64,000 nucleotides of DNA. It comes from Candidatus Uhrbacteria bacterium (GTDB lineage Bacteria > Patescibacteriota > Patescibacteriia > GWA2-47-26). The stretch is taken from contig JACPJN010000007.1 in NCBI GenBank assembly GCA_016187515.1, forward strand, positions 228,778 through 292,777, read 5' to 3'. The notes beneath the pieces were generated by a model. It saw only the letters and a program-made list of their open reading frames with translations, did no database searches and was not told where the DNA came from. The position numbers and the translations under genes are program-made. Below are positions 19,824 through 30,088 of this stretch, one piece after another. Within the stretch, counting starts at the first letter, position 1; the number at the start of each line of letters is the position of its first letter.

Positions 19824-20753
19824 TTATCTATCTGTGTCCTTCCGTGTCATGGTCTCATACCATTCCATGGTTCTTTTCAATCCTTCTTCAAACTCCACCT
19901 CCGGTTCCCACCCTAAAAGTTCTTTGGCGCGGGAAATATCCGCCAGAGTGTCATGCGGTTCAACTCTGGGCGGGATGTGCGTAGTTGGCCCGCCAATAAG
20001 TTTCGCCACCTGATTAACGCTGTAATTTACACCGGTCCCGATATTGATTGCCTCTCCGCTGCCTACGCTACTGGAATCCATGGCTAGTAAATTTGCGCGC
20101 ACAACATCGTCAACATGGGTAAAATCCCGCGTCTGGGTGCCATCACTGGTAATCGTCATTTCATAACCTTGCGCTTTTTGATCTAAAAAAATAGGAATCA
20201 CTAGTTTATAGGCGCCTTGAAGTGGCATCCGTGGGCCATAGACATTGAAATAACGCAGTGAAACTGTTTGTAATCCCCAAAAAATCGTGGCGAGTTTCAG
20301 ATATCCTTCTCCCACATATTTTTGCAACGCGTAGGGGCTTTTTGGATTGGGAAGAACATTCTCGGGTGTCGGTAGTATCAAGGTATCGCCATAGATTGAT
20401 GACGAGGAGGAAAACACTATGCGCCGGACCCCGGCGCGGGAAGAGGCCTGAATCACGTTAAGGGTGCCGGTAATATTGGCTTCATTCGATTCGAACGGAT
20501 TGTCAATAGATTCCTGCACGCGCGCGAGCGCTGCCGTATGAAATACTCCATCAATCCCATTAAAGGCCTTGGCCATTTTTTTTAGATCAGTAATACTGGC
20601 CTCAAACAACTCCGCTCCCGCGGGCACATTGCCGGGTTTACCGGTTGAAAAATTATCTAACACTCTGACTTTATCCCCACGCTTCAAAAGCGTCTCTGCG
20701 ATATGCGACCCGATAAACCCCGCACCGCCGGTTACCAAATATTGCTTCGCCAT
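19824..20753 (-). CDS. NAD-dependent nucleotide-sugar epimerase
   Basis: VTGGAGFIGSH, YALQK, LRYFNVYGP and TRDFTHV. Confidence 0.92.
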   Translation of the reverse strand: MAKQYLVTGGAGFIGSHIAETLLKRGDKVRVLDNFSTGKPGNVPAGAELFEASITDLKKMAKAFNGIDGVFHTAALARVQESIDNPFESNEANITGTLNVIQASSRAGVRRIVFSSSSSIYGDTLILPTPENVLPNPKSPYALQKYVGEGYLKLATIFWGLQTVSLRYFNVYGPRMPLQGAYKLVIPIFLDQKAQGYEMTITSDGTQTRDFTHVDDVVRANLLAMDSSSVGSGEAINIGTGVNYSVNQVAKLIGGPTTHIPPRVEPHDTLADISRAKELLGWEPEVEFEEGLKRTMEWYETMTRKDTDR

Positions 20754-20761
20754 ATTTGAAA

Positions 20762-20880
20762 AATTCCAATAAACAAGTTACAGATTACAAACAAATCCAA
20801 AATCCCAATATTCAATGTCCAAACTTGTAATTTGGAGATTGTGATTTCCTTGTAATTTGGTGCTTGGGATTTGGAATTTA
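20762..20880. repeat. AAATCACA/TTGGAATTT-type tandem hairpin element, copy 1
   Basis: Shares TTTCCTTGTAATTTG.TGCTTG.GATTTGGAATTT with 47567-47672. Confidence 0.7.
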
Positions 20881-20892
20881 AATCTTGCCATT

Positions 20893-21849
<957 letters not shown>

Positions 21850-21852
21850 ATT

Positions 21853-21933
21853 GGGTAAATCAGGTGAATCAAGTAAATCATGCAAGTCAAGCTCTTGATT
21901 TACTTATCTCGCTTGCTTTACTTGATTTACTTC
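21853..21933. repeat. AAGTAAATC 9-mer tandem hairpin element
   Basis: GTAAATCAA units followed by TTGATTTAC units; also at 41885, 43908 and 59940. Confidence 0.75.
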
Positions 21934-21935
21934 AA

Positions 21936-22043
21936 TTAAGGTCTTCCAACTGAAATATAAGTAAAGCCCAACTCCCGCATCTTTTTAGGATCAAGAGGAT
22001 TGTTGCCGTCCACGACCACGGGATTGCGCATGCGGGCTTTTTT
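21936..22043 (-). pseudogene. Orphan diverged 3' end of a UDP-glucose dehydrogenase gene
   Basis: KKARMRNPVVVDGNNPLDPKKMRELGFTYISVGRP* versus the Ugd C-terminus MKTKMRQPFIFDGRNLLDAKKMRLLGFQYISVGRP*. Confidence 0.85.
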
Positions 22044-23428
22044 TATACCATTAACCTATCTTTCTCAACCAGCAGTACTTTTTCCTCGCGCGCGATTTTT
22101 TTCATATCCGCGGTAAAGCCGCTCTTGCTAAACAAAATATACCGCTCTTCCCTGCCCTCCAATCCCCAATCTACCAGTTGCGCTTTCTTTTTTAGCGACT
22201 CATAAATGTTCGTACCGACCGGCTTCTCTGACCACTTACACTCGCCTAAAAGAATTTGGTTTTCACGCTGATTGATTGCCACCACATCTATTTCTTCATT
22301 TTTATCCCACCATTTTCCAACCCGCTCGAAAGGAAATAACTGATCCTGCCAGGTAGGCGCTAATTCACGGCACACCTCCTCATATGCAATCGCAGTGAGC
22401 ATATTAAATTGCTCGCGGAATTTGCGTAGCACCTCATTATGCCGCCCGATTTCCAAATCGCTTTTATAGGGAAATACGTATTGAAACCAAAACCGGAAAA
22501 AATTATCGCAGAGACGATATAATCCTTTGCGGGATTTTACCGGATTTTTTTCCGTAACGGGTAATTCGCGCTCCACGATTAAAAGCTGGGCAAGCGTATG
22601 GAGATACTTATTGACGAGTGTTCTATCGATGCCGGTTTCATTGACAATTTCTCCGAGTTTGCGCTTGCCGAATGAAATGGCGCGCAGAATGGAAAGGTAA
22701 TTTTTCGGTTCGCGCAACTCTTCCTTGAGTACGAATTCTATTTCATTGTATAAAAATTCCGTTTTCGGTAACACATGCGCAACGAGATTTTCCTCCGCAC
22801 TCAAGAGCCCTTCCATCTGCATCAAGTATGCCGGCATACCGCCCACGACCGCATAGAATTCGAGGAAATCGACAAATGACATCTTGGGGAAAAATTGCCA
22901 ACTCTGAGAAAAGGAAAGGGGTTGCAAAAGCAGCTGCCCGGTCCTGCGCCCAAAAAGCGGCGCTTTCTGAATCAAGGTTTCCGATTCCATCATGGCAATG
23001 CTTGACCCCATCAATATCAACATACTCTGCTGTGCGCGCAAGTATTCATCCCACCCCTTTTGAAATACAGAACTTGCGGCCGAATCAACTTCTGCCAAAT
23101 ACGGAAATTCATCCACCACCAGGATGCAACGCTTCTTGCTGTTTCGTTGCAAGTACCGAAATACCTCCAGCCAATCGCCAAAACCCTGCTTCTCAATGAG
23201 GGGGTCGCCGAATGCCTCCCCTACTAAACGACTCACCTCGCGTAACTGGTCAATCATAGTGCGCTTATCCGCTAAAAAGTATATAGCCGGTTTTCCTTGA
23301 ATGAATTTTTTTACCAGTTCGGTTTTGCCTACACGCCGTTTGCCATACACGATAAAAAGTTCCGGTTTTCCGGACTTCCAGCGTTTTTCCAGATCAGCGA
23401 GTTCATTGGTGCGGTTAATGAAATTCAT
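22043..23428 (-). CDS. Archaeal-type ATPase with wHTH and C-terminal DUF234/PD-(D/E)xK-like domain
   Basis: FINRTNEL, YGKRRVGKT, VDEFPY, DNFFRFWF and EIDVVA..GECKW. Confidence 0.88.
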   Translation of the reverse strand: MNFINRTNELADLEKRWKSGKPELFIVYGKRRVGKTELVKKFIQGKPAIYFLADKRTMIDQLREVSRLVGEAFGDPLIEKQGFGDWLEVFRYLQRNSKKRCILVVDEFPYLAEVDSAASSVFQKGWDEYLRAQQSMLILMGSSIAMMESETLIQKAPLFGRRTGQLLLQPLSFSQSWQFFPKMSFVDFLEFYAVVGGMPAYLMQMEGLLSAEENLVAHVLPKTEFLYNEIEFVLKEELREPKNYLSILRAISFGKRKLGEIVNETGIDRTLVNKYLHTLAQLLIVERELPVTEKNPVKSRKGLYRLCDNFFRFWFQYVFPYKSDLEIGRHNEVLRKFREQFNMLTAIAYEEVCRELAPTWQDQLFPFERVGKWWDKNEEIDVVAINQRENQILLGECKWSEKPVGTNIYESLKKKAQLVDWGLEGREERYILFSKSGFTADMKKIAREEKVLLVEKDRLMV

Positions 23429-23484
23429 AGTTACCTTTTTACCTAGATAATTGTGCCGGAAAGGCCTTATTTGGCATCATAATT

Positions 23485-23516
23485 AATAGTATACTTGTGA
23501 GTATACTATTTGTCAA
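23485..23516 (-). promoter_or_regulatory. Promoter with overlapping operator palindrome
   Basis: TTGACA-17-TATACT; AATAGTATACT-N4-AGTATACTATT at 23485-23510. Confidence 0.75.
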
Positions 23517-23590
23517 TGGGCCCCAAACCGGGGTATTTACAATGAAGAAATCCCTCGCCAGCTTTTTCCTCACATACGCCGCGTCCGCAG

Positions 23591-24979
23591 TCAAGGCCGG
23601 CCGACTGAAATGTATTGAAAACCCAGTAAACGCATCTTTTTTGCGTCAAGGAGATTGCGGCCGTCAAAAATAAACGGCTGGCGCATTTTTGTTTTCATTT
23701 CTGCCCACGGCAGATCGCGAAACTGCGGCCATTCGGTAAGCACAAGCACTGCATCGGCGCCTTCAGTGACTTCTTCGGGTGTTGGACATGTCACAAGCTC
23801 GGTGATCTCATGCCTTGCATTGGATTCTGCCTGATAATCAAATGCTTTTATTATCGCGCCTTCTTTCATGAGCAATCGTGTAATATCCAGAGCGGTTGAT
23901 TCCCGCACATCATCAGTATTATTTTTAAACGCCAGTCCCAGCACGCCAATCGTCTTGCCTTCCAGGGCACCAAGTATATCCCGCACACGGCGCACAAAGC
24001 GATGCCGCTGTTCCTGATTGACTTCGATCACGGCCTTGAGCAATTTAAAATCATAATCATGATTTAATGCGATATTGTGCAACGCCCGGGTATCTTTCGG
24101 AAAACACGATCCTGAATATCCTGTCCCGGCCTTGAGGAAGTGTGGGCCAATGCGGGGATCCATACCCATTCCGCGGGCTACTTCGTCTACATTCGCGCCG
24201 ACTTCGTCGCAGACATTGGCAATCTCATTGATAAAGGAAATTTTCGTGGCCAAAAACGCATTGCTGGCGTATTTAATCATTTCCGCAGTCGCAATATCCG
24301 TGACCACGCGCTCACCCGGCAATCCCTCATGCACTTTCAAAAGCGCGTCGCGCGCGCGATCCGAGTCCACCCCGATCACCACACGATCCGGATTCATGGT
24401 GTCATGCACGGCCGACCCTTCGCGCAAAAACTCCGGACAAGACGCCACGTCAAACTCAACCTGTGAACTGTGAACTGACGTCTGTGAACTAATCAATTTG
24501 CGCACTTTCTCCGCGGTCCCCACCGGAACCGTGCTTTTATCCGCGATAACTTTGTATCCCCCTCCCCTAACCCCTCCCACAAGGGGAGGGGGATTGCCGT
24601 TTACTTCCCCTCCCTCGATGGGAGGGGATTGAGGGGAGGGTGAGGGTCCCCAATTTTCCGCCACCTCACGCGCCGCGGCAAACACCTGGCTTAAATCCGC
24701 TTCGCCAGAAGGCAACGGCGGCGTGCCCACGCACAAGAAAATCACCTCGGCATTGGGCACGGCCTCGGCATACGACGTCGTGGGAATGAGCCGGCCGCTA
24801 ACCACGCCTTCGCGCACAAGTTCGGGCAGTCCGGGCTCATAAAACGGTACTTCTCCGCGACGGAGCTTCTTCACCTTGTCCGCATCTTTGCGCACGGCAT
24901 AAACCGTGTGCCCCAACTTGGCATACACTGCCGCAGAAGTAAGGCCAACGTAGCCCGCGCCGATAATCGCAATGCGCAT
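23591..24979 (-). CDS. ugd: UDP-glucose 6-dehydrogenase with two in-frame repeat insertions
   Basis: GAGYVG, KSTVPVGT, PEFLREG, GSCFPKD and GLAFK. Confidence 0.93.
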   Translation of the reverse strand: MRIAIIGAGYVGLTSAAVYAKLGHTVYAVRKDADKVKKLRRGEVPFYEPGLPELVREGVVSGRLIPTTSYAEAVPNAEVIFLCVGTPPLPSGEADLSQVFAAAREVAENWGPSPSPQSPPIEGGEVNGNPPPLVGGVRGGGYKVIADKSTVPVGTAEKVRKLISSQTSVHSSQVEFDVASCPEFLREGSAVHDTMNPDRVVIGVDSDRARDALLKVHEGLPGERVVTDIATAEMIKYASNAFLATKISFINEIANVCDEVGANVDEVARGMGMDPRIGPHFLKAGTGYSGSCFPKDTRALHNIALNHDYDFKLLKAVIEVNQEQRHRFVRRVRDILGALEGKTIGVLGLAFKNNTDDVRESTALDITRLLMKEGAIIKAFDYQAESNARHEITELVTCPTPEEVTEGADAVLVLTEWPQFRDLPWAEMKTKMRQPFIFDGRNLLDAKKMRLLGFQYISVGRP

Positions 24980-24980
24980 A

Positions 24981-26660
24981 TTACCTAACCGCGTTACTTT
25001 GCTTACCCTCTTCTCGCATAATGGTTTCTATCTCGTCGTATTCCAGTTCTTCTTTCCGAATTAACTCTTGCGCAAAACGATCCAGTAGTTTCTCCTCTTT
25101 CTTCAGTAACTGCTCCACCGCCTGGAGGCAGTCCTGTAAAATTGCCTCGGTGTCGCGGTTGAGTTTCTCTTTTACCGATTCCGCGACTTTATCCTCGCTG
25201 GACTCACCCCGAAAACGCGCCTGCCCAACCAGCAGCTCATAGTCGCCAATCAGTCCCGACGGCCCCATCCCGTATTTCCAGACCATGTTGTGCGCCTGCG
25301 CCATCGCGTTGCGGAAGTCCTGGGCCACCCCGTCGGAAGTTGATTCAAATTTCAACTTTTCCGCCCCGTAACCCCCCAGCGCGACCTTCACGTTCGCTAA
25401 AATCCGGTCGCGGGAAGAAGTAAAGATTTCTTCGCGCGGCTGATGAAACACCATTCCTAAAGCGTCGCGGCGTGAAATGATCGAGGCCTTAAACACATCA
25501 TCTGTGGGATGCAAAAAGTAAGTCACGATCAAATGCCCGGACTCGTGATAGGCCACGCGCTTTTTCTCATCCGCGGTAAGCCGCCGGTGGTGTTTGAATC
25601 CCAGATCAATTCTCTCCATGGCTTCGGACATATCGCGCATCTCCAGGCGCTCCCGTTTATGCCGCGCGGCAATCAGCGCCGCCTCTTTCACCAGATTTTC
25701 AATATCCGCCGGGGACTTCCAAACCGCGCGCCGCGCTAACTTTCCCACGTCCACACTTTCCTCGTGCGCTACCTTTTTAAGATAATGCGCGAAAAGTTGC
25801 GCCCGATCTTCCAGCGTCGGCAGATCCACGTAAATTTTGCGATCAAACCGGCCCGGACGCAAAAGCGCGGCGTCCAGAGCGGACTCGGAGGCATTGGTGG
25901 CGCCAATTACAATCACATCCGCGCCTTTCTCTTGAATGCCATCCATCTCCACTAGCAGCTGATTGACGGTGTTATTCGCTTCGGTACGCGCGCCAAAGCC
26001 CAGGTCGGTCTTCCGCTCGGTTCCGACCGCGTCAAGCTCATCAATAAAAACAATGCAGGCCCCGTGCATTTGCGAAAGTTGGCGCGCCTGTTTAAACAAT
26101 TTGCGCACCCTGGAAGGCCCCACGCCGACAAAAATCTCCACAAATTCGGAGCCGGAAACCGAAATAAACGGAATGCCGGCCTCGGTCGCGATGGCTTTGG
26201 CCAAGTAGGTTTTTCCGCATCCGGGCGGGCCGGTCAAAAGAATGCCGCGCAAAATTTTACCGCCAATGCGCGCGGTCAGCGTCCTGTCCTTGAGCAATTC
26301 GACAACTTCCCACGCTTCCATCTTGGCCTCTTTCAACCCAATCACCTCCTCCCATTTTACATTTACAAATTCCGCCTTCACTTTGGACTTGCCCCATTTC
26401 ATGAATCCGCCGCCGTGATGCAGCCACCACAGTCCAATGATAAAAGTAGCGGCCGAAAGCGTTGACCACATCGGGACCGTAGAGAGTTGGGCCAGATAGC
26501 CCAGGCGCTGCAGTTCATCCAGTTTGCGGTAAATCACGAGCGGCTGGGCGATCGTCAAAATCCAAAAAATGATCGGCAGTACCGTTACGGCTAGAAATAT
26601 GCCGCCCACATATTTTCCCCAATGAAACCGAAAATGCCATTTTAGTTTGTTCCAGGACAT
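24981..26660 (-). CDS. FtsH-like AAA+ metalloprotease (second paralog, short membrane region)
   Basis: GPPGCGKT, FIDELD, RPGRFDR and HESGH zinc motif. Confidence 0.88.
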   Translation of the reverse strand: MSWNKLKWHFRFHWGKYVGGIFLAVTVLPIIFWILTIAQPLVIYRKLDELQRLGYLAQLSTVPMWSTLSAATFIIGLWWLHHGGGFMKWGKSKVKAEFVNVKWEEVIGLKEAKMEAWEVVELLKDRTLTARIGGKILRGILLTGPPGCGKTYLAKAIATEAGIPFISVSGSEFVEIFVGVGPSRVRKLFKQARQLSQMHGACIVFIDELDAVGTERKTDLGFGARTEANNTVNQLLVEMDGIQEKGADVIVIGATNASESALDAALLRPGRFDRKIYVDLPTLEDRAQLFAHYLKKVAHEESVDVGKLARRAVWKSPADIENLVKEAALIAARHKRERLEMRDMSEAMERIDLGFKHHRRLTADEKKRVAYHESGHLIVTYFLHPTDDVFKASIISRRDALGMVFHQPREEIFTSSRDRILANVKVALGGYGAEKLKFESTSDGVAQDFRNAMAQAHNMVWKYGMGPSGLIGDYELLVGQARFRGESSEDKVAESVKEKLNRDTEAILQDCLQAVEQLLKKEEKLLDRFAQELIRKEELEYDEIETIMREEGKQSNAVR

Positions 26661-26676
26661 AAGAAAAACAGGGAAA

Positions 26677-26802
26677 AATTCACCTAATTATCCTAATTGA
26701 CCTAATTATTCTAAACAATACCCAAACCCAAAATCCCAATTTTGGTGATTGGAAATTAGGATTTGTTTAGATCAATTAGAGTAATTAGGGCAATTAGAAA
26801 TT
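26677..26802. repeat. CTAATT 9-mer tandem hairpin element, copy 2
   Basis: Near-collinear with 50164-50283; overlaps the HU stop codon. Confidence 0.78.
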
Positions 26803-27079
26803 ACGCGCGAAGCGCGTCTTTTAAGGTTTTCCCGGCTTTAAATTTGGGAGTTCTGACCGGGGGGATTTCGATTGGTGCTTTGGTCTGCGGATTAATTCCG
26901 GTTCTGCCCTTTCTCATCTTGGCCAAAAACGCGCCGAATCCGGAGAGCGTAACTTCGCCGCCGCCTTTAATCGTCTCGGTAATCACCCCGGTCATGGTCT
27001 CCAGAATCTCCAAAACCTTGGCTTTGGGCACGTCCGCGACCTTTTGAGAAATTACTTCCGCGAGTTCTACTTTGTTCAT
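26801..27079 (-). CDS. HU family DNA-binding protein
   Basis: MNKVELA, VTLSGFG.F, GINPQT and PKFKAGK.LKD. Confidence 0.95.
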   Translation of the reverse strand: MNKVELAEVISQKVADVPKAKVLEILETMTGVITETIKGGGEVTLSGFGAFLAKMRKGRTGINPQTKAPIEIPPVRTPKFKAGKTLKDALRA

Positions 27080-27084
27080 ATTGG

Positions 27085-27174
27085 TGAGTTATTTAGTTAT
27101 TGGGTTATTAGTTATTAGTTATTAGTTATTTCTGCGCCAATTTTAATAACTTAATCACTTAATAACTTAATCAC
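27085..27174. repeat. Inverted 7/8-mer tandem array
   Basis: (GTTATTA)n followed by (TAATAACT/TAATCACT)n. Confidence 0.75.
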
Positions 27175-28001
27175 TCGATCACGATTTGCTCATCAATTCT
27201 TTTTATCGACTTTGCTAATTTAGTGGTTTCATTAATCTCCACCAGCACCGCGCTGATTTGACACAACCCGGTTTCCACTGGCGTGTGCTTGAATGGCTGT
27301 TGCAGTAGGAATGAGCGGATAATCCCATTTTTTTCTTCACCTAAAATTGAATCCACGGCTTGCACTCCGCCCACTTCGGTTACATACGCGGTGCCGCTGG
27401 GCAAAATGCGGGTGTCCGTCGTGCCCATCGAGGTATGCGTGCCCAGCACGGCGGAAACCCGGCCATCAGCGTAATTGCCCAAAGCATTAGCTTCGGAAGT
27501 GGCTTCACAGTGAAAGTCCACCAGAATGCCATTCAATTCTCCCCCTCTTAGGTTAAGAGGGGGCGGGGGGGAGTTATGATACCTCGCCAAAATCTCATCC
27601 AGCTTCCGAAATGGATCATCATACTGCGACTGAAAAAACACCCGGCCCATTAAGTTTACCACCAGCAGCCGAATTTTTCCATCTTTGCTTTCCACTACCA
27701 TATCGCCGCGTCCCGGCAAACCCGGCGGAAAATTGGCTGGCCGCACCAGCGGTAAATCTCCGCGAGCCATCAGCTTGGCCCCTTCGGCCTTAAACGAATG
27801 GTTGCCGCCCGTTACGCAATCCACTCCGGCATCCAAAAGTTCGCGCACGGTTTTTTCAGTCATGCCTACGCCATGCGCCAGATTTTCTCCATTGCCAATT
27901 ACAAAATCCGGCTTGTATTTCTTGCGCCAGCGCGGCAAGACCTCGGCCACGGCCCGCCGCCCGATTTTTCCGAAGATGTCGCCGATGAATATGATGCGCA
28001 T
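27171..28001 (-). CDS. ymdB: YmdB-like metallophosphoesterase with in-frame palindrome
   Basis: GDIFG..GR, NGEN, GNH, DFHCEATSE and GTHT; downstream of rny. Confidence 0.88.
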   Translation of the reverse strand: MRIIFIGDIFGKIGRRAVAEVLPRWRKKYKPDFVIGNGENLAHGVGMTEKTVRELLDAGVDCVTGGNHSFKAEGAKLMARGDLPLVRPANFPPGLPGRGDMVVESKDGKIRLLVVNLMGRVFFQSQYDDPFRKLDEILARYHNSPPPPLNLRGGELNGILVDFHCEATSEANALGNYADGRVSAVLGTHTSMGTTDTRILPSGTAYVTEVGGVQAVDSILGEEKNGIIRSFLLQQPFKHTPVETGLCQISAVLVEINETTKLAKSIKRIDEQIVIE

Positions 28002-28043
28002 AAGTAAATAAGTTGTAAGTAGTAAGTAGTAAGTAGTGGTAAG

Positions 28044-28166
28044 TTACTTTTGAATTTTCTTCCAGCCATTGATTAGTTTAGCAGTTTCTTCTGTAACTTG
28101 GTACACCTCCAATGTCAATTCATGAGCTCTCTGCCATGCAATAATTTCACGAAATGTCTTGACCAA
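28044..28166 (-). pseudogene. Internally deleted four-helix-bundle (23S rRNA IVP-like) gene
   Basis: Manual translation LVKTFREIIAWQRAHELTLEVYQVT-EETAKLINGWKKIQK*: a typical N-terminal helix joined directly to a typical C-terminal helix. Confidence 0.75.
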
Positions 28167-28177
28167 TATAACTTACA

Positions 28178-28245
28178 ACTTACTCACTTACTCACTTACT
28201 CACTTACTCACTTACTCACTTACTCACTTACTCACTTACTCACTT
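28178..28245. repeat. (ACTTACTC)8 tandem repeat
   Basis: Eight perfect units; inverted relative to (GTAAGTA)n at about 28001-28045. Confidence 0.95.
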
Positions 28246-29768
28246 TAGCGCGCATACTCCACCACCCGCGTCTCCCGAATCACGTTAACCTTCACCTCGC
28301 CGGGATATTGCATCTCGGCTTCGATCCGTTTCGCCACATTTTTGGCTAACTCATAGGCCGACAGGTCGTCAATCTCCTGGGGCTTGACAAAGACCCGCAG
28401 CTCGCGGCCGGCCTGAATCGCGTAGGCATGTTCAACGCCGGGAAAGGCAGTGGCAATTTTTTCCAAATCCTCCAGGCGTTTGACATAGTCCTCGGCGGAT
28501 TCGCGCCGCGCGCCCGGCCTGGAACCGGAGATCGCGTCAGCCACTTTTACGATAATCCCTTCCAGCGTCTTCGGATTGTCTTCATGGTGGGCAATGGCCA
28601 TGTACGCGATATTTTCCGGAAAATTGAATTTCTTCATCAGCTCATAGCCCAAGTGCGTGTGCGCGCCTTTCATGTCCTGATCAATCGCTTTGCCGATATC
28701 ATGGAACAGTCCGCCTTTTTTACAAATGCTCACATCCGCGCCCAGCTCCTCGGCTAAAAGCGTGGCGAGATAGCCCACTTCGGTGGAATGCACTAGGACA
28801 TTTTGACCATAACTCGTGCGATATTTAAGGCGGCCCAGGATGGAGACCATCTTCGGATCAATTCCGGTAATCCCCATTTCATAAAGTACGTCGTCGCCGG
28901 CTTTACGAATGTCCAGCGCGAGTTCCTGGCGGGCTTCTTCCACTTTCTCTTCAATGCGCGCCGGATGAATCCGTCCATCCGCGATGAGTTTATCCAAAGC
29001 GCGCTTGGCCACTTGCCGGCGGATCGGCGAAAATCCGGAAACCGTCAAGGCATTCGGGGTCTCATCAATAATCACGTCAATTCCGGTCAACCGCTCCAGG
29101 GTCTTGATATTCCGGCCTTCTTTTCCAATAATGCGCCCTTTCATTTCATCGGAGGGCAGCGGCACGACGGTAGTGTTAATATCGGAGGCGTGGGAGGCCG
29201 CGATACGCTGGACCGCGGTGGCGACCATGGTCCGGGCTTGGCGATCCAGCTCTTCTTGAGTAGTCCCCTGCAGTTTGCGAATCCGGGTTATCAATTCTTC
29301 TTGGCTATCCTCTTCCACTTTCTTTAAAAGCTCGGCAACGGCTTGCTCGCGGGTCAGTCCGGCCACGGTTTGCAGCCGCTCGATCGCTTGCTGGCGCACT
29401 TGTTCGATCTGCGCTTTAACCCCCTCCACCTGCTTTAATTTTTCTTGCAGTTTTTCTTGCTTATCTTCAAGCTCCAGGAGTTTTTTATCAAACGTTCCCT
29501 CGCGGTCAACCAACCGCTGCTTCTCCACCCGCAACTCTTTGCGTACGGTCTCTTCTTCGGCCTTGGCTTTATCAATAATGACAATACTCTTCTCCCGGGC
29601 TTGAAGAAGAATCTCCTGCTCTTTGGACTTGGCCTCCGCGACGATTTTTTCGGCTTTGGCTTCGGCGCTATGCGCGAGCGTCGCGGCGCGGCTCTTGCGC
29701 AGATACCAGCCGATGGCGGCGCCGATGGCCAGCGCCCCGAGTGTCGAAAGAATGGTAATCAATGACAT
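28245..29768 (-). CDS. rny: Ribonuclease Y
   Basis: N-terminal TM, coiled coil, KH (KGRIIGKEGRNI), HD (HDIGK) and YAIQAGRELRV. Confidence 0.96.
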   Translation of the reverse strand: MSLITILSTLGALAIGAAIGWYLRKSRAATLAHSAEAKAEKIVAEAKSKEQEILLQAREKSIVIIDKAKAEEETVRKELRVEKQRLVDREGTFDKKLLELEDKQEKLQEKLKQVEGVKAQIEQVRQQAIERLQTVAGLTREQAVAELLKKVEEDSQEELITRIRKLQGTTQEELDRQARTMVATAVQRIAASHASDINTTVVPLPSDEMKGRIIGKEGRNIKTLERLTGIDVIIDETPNALTVSGFSPIRRQVAKRALDKLIADGRIHPARIEEKVEEARQELALDIRKAGDDVLYEMGITGIDPKMVSILGRLKYRTSYGQNVLVHSTEVGYLATLLAEELGADVSICKKGGLFHDIGKAIDQDMKGAHTHLGYELMKKFNFPENIAYMAIAHHEDNPKTLEGIIVKVADAISGSRPGARRESAEDYVKRLEDLEKIATAFPGVEHAYAIQAGRELRVFVKPQEIDDLSAYELAKNVAKRIEAEMQYPGEVKVNVIRETRVVEYAR

Positions 29769-29807
29769 AGGACTGGGAGGGACGGGATAGTATTGCAACA
29801 CCACAAG

Positions 29808-29960
29808 AATCTCTCCCCCTTAGGATAAGGGGGAGCAAGAGGGGGTTACGAACCCTCATGCGGTGTGCCTGCCCCGCACCGAGCTTGCTCTGGTGCTGGG
29901 TTGCGTAATACGTGTTACGTGAATCCATACTATTCCATCCAAATTTACCTGATTTAAGCT
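29808..29960. repeat. Stack of palindromic repeats upstream of rny
   Basis: CCCCCTTA..TAAGGGGGA element, CCCCGCACC..GGTGCTGGG hairpin and ATTTACCTGATTTA fragment. Confidence 0.6.
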
Positions 29961-30088
29961 ATGCTTCTATCCTACCATAGGCCAAAAAGCTTGACAAGAG
30001 TTGAAAAATATGCTAGTATAAAGGGTCCCTTGACAATGGGTTCCCATACCCAAAAACCCCCGTTATATACGGGAGAAAGGAGCTGGCA

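Noticed and set aside
23520-23590. Possible PIN C-terminal remnant (TADAAYVRKK) on the minus strand
   Set aside because: Too short and weak to support without a search.
28044-28166. DGR accessory (Avd-like) gene implying a diversity-generating retroelement
   Set aside because: No reverse transcriptase or TR/VR pair is seen in the window.
28098-28349. 83-aa + strand ORF with LTHLLTYS repeats
   Set aside because: Translation of the 8-mer array, antisense to rny and the four-helix-bundle remnant.
29769-29960. 6S RNA or riboswitch upstream of rny
   Set aside because: The structure is explained by stacked repeat families; no recognisable ncRNA consensus. An Rfam scan would settle it.
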